Part shown: piece after piece, positions 52,001 to 60,000 of the stretch
How the letters are laid out: each line of letters opens with the position of its first letter
Numbering within the stretch: position 1 is the first letter of the stretch
From: Camelus ferus
Taxonomy: Eukaryota
DNA length: 60,000 nucleotides
NCBI RefSeq assembly: GCF_009834535.1
Contig: NC_045697.1
Location: forward strand, 13,642,001-13,702,000
Direction of reading: 5' to 3'
Notes under the pieces: model-generated
The model's database searches: none
Seen by the model: the letters and a program-made list of their open reading frames with translations, nothing else
What the model was told of the DNA's origin: nothing
Translations under genes and position numbers: made by a program

Positions 52001-52551
52001 TGTAACAGTGCTGGAATATTGTATGTATAAGCTCTTTAACCATTATCTATCTTTTTTTTTTTTGGTTTTTATCTTACCTGAATATTCATCCTGCCCTGAA
52101 ATTAAATTATTACAAACATACACATTACACTTCAGACCCAGATAACATTTTTTAGTTATGAATAAGCTCTGGACTCCAGACTCTTTAAGTGAACAATAAA
52201 TGTTATTATGTTTTAAATTACTGATCATCAGGGGTTTTGTAACTTGCAACCAGTATTTCTCTAACAGATTCCTCATATGAGAAAAACAAAAGAAAAATCC
52301 TCTAACTGATACAACATATAAGAAAAATAGAAGAAAATATTACCCAGACTTCCACCAAACACCCAAACTGCTAATATTTGGTGTTTATCTATTAGATTAT
52401 TTTTCTACATATAAATTTTCTTTATAAAAATTGGATCATTTTGTAACCTACATGTTATCTTAACATTATGTTACTGATATTTTGCTATTATGTCTATTTT
52501 ATGTGCATGAAAAAATTTATGAAATAAATGGTATTAATGATTCTTATAATG

Positions 52552-52765
52552 CAGGGGTCAGAAAACCTTTTTCTGTAAAGGGTCAGAAAGTAAATATTTT
52601 AGGCTTCATGGGCCCCAGGGTATCTGTTGAAATTGCTCAACTCTTCTACTGAAGGTGTAACTTTAGATAACATATAAACAAATGGGAATAACTGTGTTCT
52701 AATAAAACTTTATTTATGAAAACAAATGGTGGGACAAATTTGACCAATTAGCCAGTTTGTGAATT
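52552..52765 (-). mobile_element. MER58A-like hAT-Charlie element
   Basis: caggggtcagaaaacctttttctgtaaagggtcagaaagtaaatattttaggctt...ctgtgttctaataaaactttattta. Confidence 0.85.
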
Positions 52766-54964
52766 ATTATTTTGAAGCATTGTTTTGATTAGCTATCTAG
52801 AATCCCACAAGTGTACATACCATGATTTATTAAGCCCTGCTTACATGTAGGGAATATATTTCCTACATGTTTCCTATGATCTATAAAACCAGAAAAGCAG
52901 ATATGTTATAAATACCAATTGAATGAATAAACAAATGCTGATAGTTTTTAGGATCAGGATTAAAATTTTGATGTGTAAGAAAGACACTAATTTGAGAGAA
53001 AAAGGGAATTTATGGTGCAAAACAAAGAAGAGGAATTTGGACAACTTTTTATTGAATGGGGTAGACTTGAGAAAGCAGATGAATTAGGAAAAACAAAAGA
53101 ATGCTGAAATAATCAATGGCCAGATGGCAGAATCCAAAAACCAGTCTCCTTGGGAGAGAAGATTTATAGTGTTGCAGTAGAACAAAACCTAGATTAGGAT
53201 TTAGTGATTCAGTGCTTAAATCAAGAGAACTTCAGGTCACATTAATTTGAGGTTTGATCTGAAAAAAAAGCCCTTTCACTGGAGGGAAGATGTCTGTTTC
53301 TTTGCAAAATAAGAGTGGTAAATGGATAATATCCAAGTTTCCATCTAAGTCTACATTGTAAACTCTGTGTTAATTTTTGTAGCAATCTCTGGTCTTAGGT
53401 GTTCTTTATCCTGGAAGCAGCAGTCTGGTTTTCAATAGGTTAAGTTAAATGTGGGCATTTCTTCAGAAGGAGTATTAAATCATAGGACAAATAAAAGGGG
53501 CCCTGGAACTATAATATTCCACATAATAAAGCAAAGGCACAAATCAGCAAAGCATGCCTGTTTGCAAGCATTAATCAGTGCATATTATTAAATATTTCCC
53601 CCAAATTCACAAAATCTATCAAATAAAGCCGTGAAGAAACAAAAACATTCTTGACCATATGGCAAATCCTAATCAAATACCCCTTTGGAAACATGGTCCA
53701 TCTGCCCCTTAAAGAATATTACAGCAGTTGTCTTCCAGGTTGCCTGTTCTCCTCCTCAGTAGTTGTCAGAGGAGATCAGATGATACTTCATTTGAACAAA
53801 ATCTTTATTGAATCATCAAGTGCAGGCTCTGTGACCTGTGAACCAGGAAGCAGCTCCTCCCCGCTCACCAGTGAATGCAGGAGAAAGGGCTTGGAACATT
53901 GGTGATAAATGAGAACTATTCAACTGCTCAGTAGTTTGAAGCTGCTGTTTGGTGAGGTCTACGCAATAATTTAACAGATGCCAGGAAGCACTTAGAAATG
54001 TAATTTAAAAAAAAAACAACACTATTTATCACTGGCAAAGCTTAGGGTCAAAGCATTCACCTGTGACTCGGCTGATCTTTGTGGCTACTGGTTTTCAGCT
54101 GTGTCCTTATCAGGAAGAACATAGAGATTCATTATTTTAGGGCTGTTTAAGGCAGAGACCTTGAACATTTTTGCAATGAAAGATTACTTTTCATTTTCCT
54201 AGAACTTTGGTATCATACGTAGTTTGGGGGCAAATATCTGAATATTAGGCTTGACTTCTGAGCAAAGTAGAGGAAGAGACATTGCTAATGTTGGCCATTC
54301 AAAAAACCAGAAACAGAAGAACTTGACAGAAAGGTGGGAATGGTAACCAACCTGAGTAAGGGAAGTGTAGTACATGTTTTTATATTTAAGGTCACCTGTG
54401 TTTTTATTCTAGTATTTACGGTACTCAGTAATTATACCACTACTGTTACTATTGAAATTACTACTGCTACCACCATCACTACTTATCAATTATGGACAAT
54501 TTACAGTGTGCTATTCTTTAGTAAGTTTATCCCCAGAATACATTTCCAGTCCCTGCCATGTGCAGAACACTGTATTAAGTCCTAAACACATCATAATACG
54601 GTTTTGCTTTTTCAGTCCTGAGCATTTTCAGTAAGTAAGCTGCTTTATATGTCAACGTTTCAGGTCTGGAAGTTATAACCATGGGTGGTTATTCAATATT
54701 TCCATTTAACAAGTATGTATTTTCATAGATGATAGAGGATAGAATGTACAGTGAAACATCTGCATGTGCTAATAATGCAGGGAAAAGAAGGTACCAAGTG
54801 ATTAGGACAACCTGGAAGAGGCTTGCAAGGTTACATGAGAAGAATAATAGCATCATCTTCCTTCCAACGCATCTTGAGCAGAACCACAAGAATAATCCTT
54901 AATAAGGCGCCATTTTATTAATTCAATGTGTGTTGAGCACCTGTTGTGCTAATGACAGTATTAT

Positions 54965-57180
54965 GGGCTTTTAAAGTTATTTTTTAATTCTGATACAATG
55001 ATAGAAAATGTATCACATGCTTTTGTAAGAAGTGATACAGAGAGATCCTGGATATCCTTTACCCACTTTCCTCTGATGGTGACATCTTGCAAAACTATAG
55101 TCCAATATCACAACCAGGATGCTGGCACTAAGACAGTCAAGTTATTGAACATTTCTGCCACCACAATGATCACTCATATTGTCTTTTTGGGACTACAATC
55201 TTTTTCTTTTATTTTACATCACCAAATATTCCTTAACTCACGATGACCACTAATCTGTTCTAAATTTCTATGATTTTGTTATTCCAAGAGTGCTATGCAA
55301 ATGGAATCATATACTGATCTTTTTGCTATTGATTTTCTAAGCATAATTCTCCAGAGATTCATCCAGGCTATTTTGTGTAATGGGCCATTCCTTTTGATTG
55401 CTGAGTAGCAATGTCATGGTATGGGTGCCCCATCATTCACCCATTCATCCATTGGTTGTTTCCAGTTTTGAGCTATTAGAAATATAGCTGCCATAAACAT
55501 TCACACACAGGTTTTTGCAGGAATATAAGTTTCCATTTCTCTGGAATAAATGCTCAGGAGGGCAATTGCCAGGTAGTGTGGTAATTGCAGATTTAGATTT
55601 TTAAGATGCCAAATTGTGCTCAGAATGGCTGCATCATTTTACATTCCCATCCACAGTGTATAAGTGGTCCAGTTTTCCTACATACTCTCCAGCATTTGGT
55701 ATTGTCACTATTTTAAAATATTTTTTAATTTATTCATTCTGATATGTGTGTATTGATATCTCACTGGAATTTTAATTTGCATTTTCTTAATGGTGAGTGA
55801 TGATTAATATCTTTTCATAGACTTATTTGCCATCTGTATATCCTCTTCAGTGTAATGTTTCTTCATGCCTTTCCTCATTTGCTAATTGCATTGTTTGATT
55901 TTTTACTGTTGAGTTTTGAGAGTTCTTATACATTCTAGATACTAGGTTTTTGTTTTATATGCAATGATTTCTCCAAATCTGTACCTTGTCTTTTTATCCA
56001 CTTAACAGGCTCTTTCACAGTACAAAAGTTCTAATTTTGCAAAAAATCCAATTCATCAATTCTTCCTTTTATGGTTGTTTCTGGTATTAAGTCTAAGAAT
56101 TCTTGTCTAGATTCAGATCCTAAAGATTTTTCTAACAGTTTTATAAAGTTGCATTTTATATATGTCTGTCACTAATTTTGAGTTAATTCTGTATATAATG
56201 TGAGATTTTATTTGAGGTTTGTTTTTGCCTAAAAATGTTCTAGCATCATTCTTTTAAAAAGCCATCTTTCCTCTGTAAAATTTATTTTGCACCTTTGGCA
56301 AATGTCTTTGGGATATATCTTTGTTGATCTGCATCTGGGTTCCCTCTTCTCTTCCACTGATCCGTGTGTCTAAACTTTTGCCAGTACCACACAGCCTTGG
56401 TTACTGCAGCTTTATAAGTTTTGAAATGGGGTAGAGCGATTCCTCCTATGTTATTCTTTTTTTTTTTTTTCCCAACTTGTTTAGCTTTTTCATTCCAGTC
56501 CCTTGCTTTTAACATAAATTGTAAAATATTTTGCCTATGTCTACAAAAATCTTGCTGTGATTTTGATTAGAATTGCATTAGACCTGTATATCGCATTGGA
56601 GGAGAGTAACACCTTTACTGTGTGGATCTCCTCATCCGTAACACTGTACAAGTTGCTCCATGTTTTACAGATCTTCTTTGGGTTTTTAACAGTGTTTTGT
56701 AGTTTTTATCATAAAAGACTTGCAAATGATTTGTTATATTTACACCTAAATTTTTAATTTTTAAAATGATTGTAAATTGTATTACATTTTACATTTTCCC
56801 ATGTGCTAATTGCTATATAGAGGGAAATATAATTGATTTTTGTATGTTTATCTTATATTCTGTGATCTTGCCAAACACACTTATGAGTCCTATGAGTTTG
56901 TTTTGTTTTTGTTTTTGTTTTTTTTTTGATAGATTCTGTAAGAATTTTCATGGAGATGATGATGTTCCCTACAAATAGAGACAGTTGTATGTGTTTCATT
57001 CTGACTCTGTGTGCCTGTTAACTTCCTCTTCCAGCCTTACTGCATTTGCTAGAGCTTCCAGCACTGTGTTAAACACAAAGGTTGAGAGCAGACTCCTTGC
57101 CTGGCTTCTGATCTTAGAAGGAAGCATTCAGCCTTTTACCACTGAGTATCATGTTAGCTATCGGGTTTTGTGGAGTAGAC
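54965..57180 (-). mobile_element. Ancient L1MC-like element, 3'UTR and 3' half of ORF2 (decayed)
   Basis: Residual translation GGIALPHFKTYKAAVTKAVWYWQKFRHTDQW (56282-56515); L1MC-type 3' end tacagagagatcc...catcttgcaaaactatagt. Confidence 0.9.
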
Positions 57181-57482
57181 GGCTTCCTGCTTGGTGGTAG
57201 TGAAGGTCCTAGCTCTCAGCTTGGCTTCCCTGATACCAGTCCACAAGGAGAAGGGCACGACGTCACTTCTGAATAAGTGAAAGTCCAGGCAGGCTTCCCA
57301 CGTGGTCTCCACAAACATCATGGGGTCATTGTTGTTACTGCCAGTGAGGAGGGTGAATATCCCAGCTGTCCACTCTCTGCCACCACCCTGGCTTGGGAAT
57401 TGAGACGCCCCATTACAACCTGACAACATTGGAAATCTAGGTTCTCCACTCAGCTTTTGCTAAAAGAGTGGAGTGGGACCAC

Positions 57483-57528
<46 letters not shown>

Positions 57529-57935
57529 TGTGTGAGTTCGGGCTGGAGTAGAGCAGTTATTTTCCAAAAAATGTCTTTCTTGCTGTGCTTCACCTTTCCT
57601 CTGTCTTTGATTAAAGAAAGTGGGTTTTTCTTAGACCCATTTTTTGATCTGTGCTTAGTGTTTCTGGGTTACTGGCTTCTTCAGCCCCCAATCTGAGCTA
57701 TATGAGGCACAAAGAAAATCCCAGGAAACACTGCAGTATCAGTCCTTCAGTCCCAATATATCCCTATTGGTTTCTCTTCTTCTCTCCACCTTTCAGGGTC
57801 TCTCTCTTTCTCTCTCTTTCCCTCTCTATCTCTCTCCATATATAGATATAGATAAAAATGTAGCCAAGAATGTTTATGTCTGTACTTAGAAGGTGGAATA
57901 GAGCAAAGAGTGTCTTTTCTATCTTCCTGAAAGTG
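57181..57935 (-). mobile_element. Probable L1M 5'-region fragment containing a (TG)n microsatellite at 57487-57533
   Basis: gaaagtccaggc...cccacgtggtctccac, ggctggagtagagcagttatt resemble recalled L1MC/MD 5' ends; microsatellite directly visible. Confidence 0.5.
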
Positions 57936-57964
57936 TAAGTCCTCCATAAATTATGATTTTTATT

Positions 57965-58190
57965 TCTTACATTTATTCAACAAATATTTATTGAGATACC
58001 TACTAAGTGCCAATGATACAAAGTGACTAAGATAGTTATAATTTCTACCCTCCAGATGATTACAGTCTAGTAAAGAAGACAGATGTTAAATAATACTTCA
58101 CAAAATTATTAGTTAATTACAATTCAACTAAACTGTACCAGACAGACTAGCAAATGAGCAAATATCAGGAACCTAACCTAAATACAGAAA
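57965..58190 (-). mobile_element. L2 3' fragment
   Basis: catttattcaacaaatatttattgagatacctactaagtgcca...tacagtctagt. Confidence 0.7.
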
Positions 58191-59393
58191 ACTTAGTTCT
58201 ATACAATATTTTATACATCATACATGTGTTAACTATGCATAACATTATGATAAATATAAAAGAGCATAGTTTTTTCATACAATATGAAATATAGTACTTC
58301 ATCTTTTGAAATAAATTGGCATAAGGAAAATAAAATGGTTTTATATTTAGTGCCTAATAATCTTGATCATGCAGTGATAGTTGAGAAAAATTCTCAGGAA
58401 TGTTGAATCACAAATTTGGAAAAGTTGAGGATATTTCTCGGTGGTACATTCTTATGCTATCAAGGTTACTGTAATGAATGACAACTCTCTTCTCACCCAG
58501 ATGATCTTGTACCAACACAAATAAGACAGAATTCCAGGCTGAGTGAACTTTGGTTAGACTCCAGTATGGTGATTCTTAGGGTATTTGTGCCTGTGAAACT
58601 CTTCAGTGACACAGGACTACTTCATTATGGAAAGTTCAGCTACTTTGTCTTTGGATTGGACTGACTTCATTGTCTACTATCCTCTAAAGAACATGCTGAC
58701 ATTTTTAATTTGATGGACTGCTGAGAAACCACAGCAGGATATAGAGCAACCCATCAAAAGTGAATTGAGGATTTCATTGATGTGGAGAGCTAATTATGTA
58801 ACTATGGGGAGTGGGACACTGATTGAAATCCATATGACTTTTTAGAGCTCAGGAGGCTGGCTCCTGAGAGGAATAGTAAATGAGGGCGACTTGCTCTCTG
58901 CCCTCACTGAGTTACTGCCCAGTCCTCCTCTGTTAGAAGTCAACTCCAGGGACCCTGCTTCCTCCCCCAAAATGAAGAGTTCAGAGAATGGCAGGAATGT
59001 TCTCCTTCCCAGATCTTGAAGTAGTTTTTGTTTTGCCTTAAGAAGATGCCCAGAGCCTGCCTTCAGATCCTTTACTAAATGTATTAACTCTGTCTCTACA
59101 CTTTCTCTAAGCTTATCTTGAGCTCGGATAGCTTAGAAATAACACCAACCACTTGTATACATATATATGTGTATGTGTGCGTGTGTATGTGTGTATGTGA
59201 ATGGACATGGATATATAATAGATAAGTATGTGTATGTTTGTTTACATTTTGTACATATAGTTTGCTTAAATTCCCTAAGAACAAATCAGTCCCATGAGGT
59301 TATGGTAAAGGTTACTAAACATAGAAGACCTGGGCTTAAATTCCATTTCTGTAACTTTGAGCAGCTGATACATTGTATTGTAAAGATTTCATA

Positions 59394-59442
59394 AGTACCT
59401 ATTACTAAGATAGTGCCCATTACTAAGATAGTACCCATTACT
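59394..59442. repeat. 18-bp tandem repeat, about 2.7 copies, within a MIR-like fragment
   Basis: agtacctattactaagat / agtgcccattactaagat / agtacccattact. Confidence 0.9.
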
Positions 59443-59819
59443 GTGCTTTTCAAAGAGGTACTCAGTAAATGTTGGTATCTACCATTTTCGTACCTCATAT
59501 CCATCATTTGTTTAACCTACCTCATCTTTACTGAGCCTGAGAAGTTCCACGTATGTATACAATCTGCTTTCATTTACCTAATAAGGCTCTCTTTTGGCCT
59601 TCATATCATGTCCAAATATTTGGCTTCAATTCATACTTCCTGGGGTATGAAATCCCTGGCTCTCCACTCTCAAATATATGCTTTTAGGATGACTGATCCT
59701 TACCTCTGTTCTCACGGCTCACATTCCTGACTGAACCAGCCCTATTGCGTCTCCAAATCAAATTCTGCTGCTTTTTCAGAGTTTATCAAGGTGGTTTCAG
59801 GAAAGGGAAGAAACATTTT

Positions 59820-60000
59820 GCTTGGGCATTAAATAAGGTGACATATAAGACTTTGAGTTATATATTGTATGGGCACTACCTAATTTAATTCTCACAACCT
59901 TCTTATTCGGTATTACTATGCCCACTTTTTTACAAGTAAATAGATGCTCAAATAAATCATTCATATAAAGTCACATATCTAGAAAATAACTGAATCAGAA
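59820..60000 (-). mobile_element. MIR SINE fragment
   Basis: taatttaattctcacaacc...tattactatgcccactttttacaagt...aaagtcacatatcta. Confidence 0.6.

Noticed and set aside
13515..60000. Numerous 60-115 aa ORFs in the ORF track
   Set aside because: Many start at TTG/GTG, lie in repeats, lack recognisable domains, and are of lengths expected at random

Overview
This is mammalian, AT-rich, apparently gene-free DNA (intergenic or deep intron) dominated by interspersed repeats. I could not recognise any host protein-coding exon, RNA gene or CRISPR array. The only real coding sequence belongs to LINE-1. (1) A young full-length ~7.1 kb L1 lies at 6027-13140 (+). It has a CpG-rich 5'UTR with a YY1 site, an open 300-aa ORF1 and a 404-bp inter-ORF spacer. 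Its ORF2 is broken by a single in-frame TGA and also carries an E-to-K change at the endonuclease catalytic glutamate. It sits inside an older 5'-inverted L1 fragment, which itself sits inside a MER47/Tigger-type DNA transposon (three-level nest). (2) A 5'-truncated, 5'-inverted (twin-primed) copy of the same L1 family lies at 39552-41086 with a 14-bp TSD. The rest is old L1M, L2, MIR, MaLR/ERV LTR and hAT/Tigger fossils plus microsatellites. The L1 3' end and the absence of Alu/Bov/PRE-1/SINEC-type SINEs suggest a camelid-like laurasiatherian (inference). I found no convincing new biological system. The best leads are L1 architectural details: a splice acceptor plus 75-codon ORF in the spacer overlapping the ORF2 start, a long antisense frame in the 5'UTR, and a 59-bp repeat in the 5'UTR. 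Repeat family names come from recalled consensus similarity, not from a search, and boundaries of old repeats are approximate.
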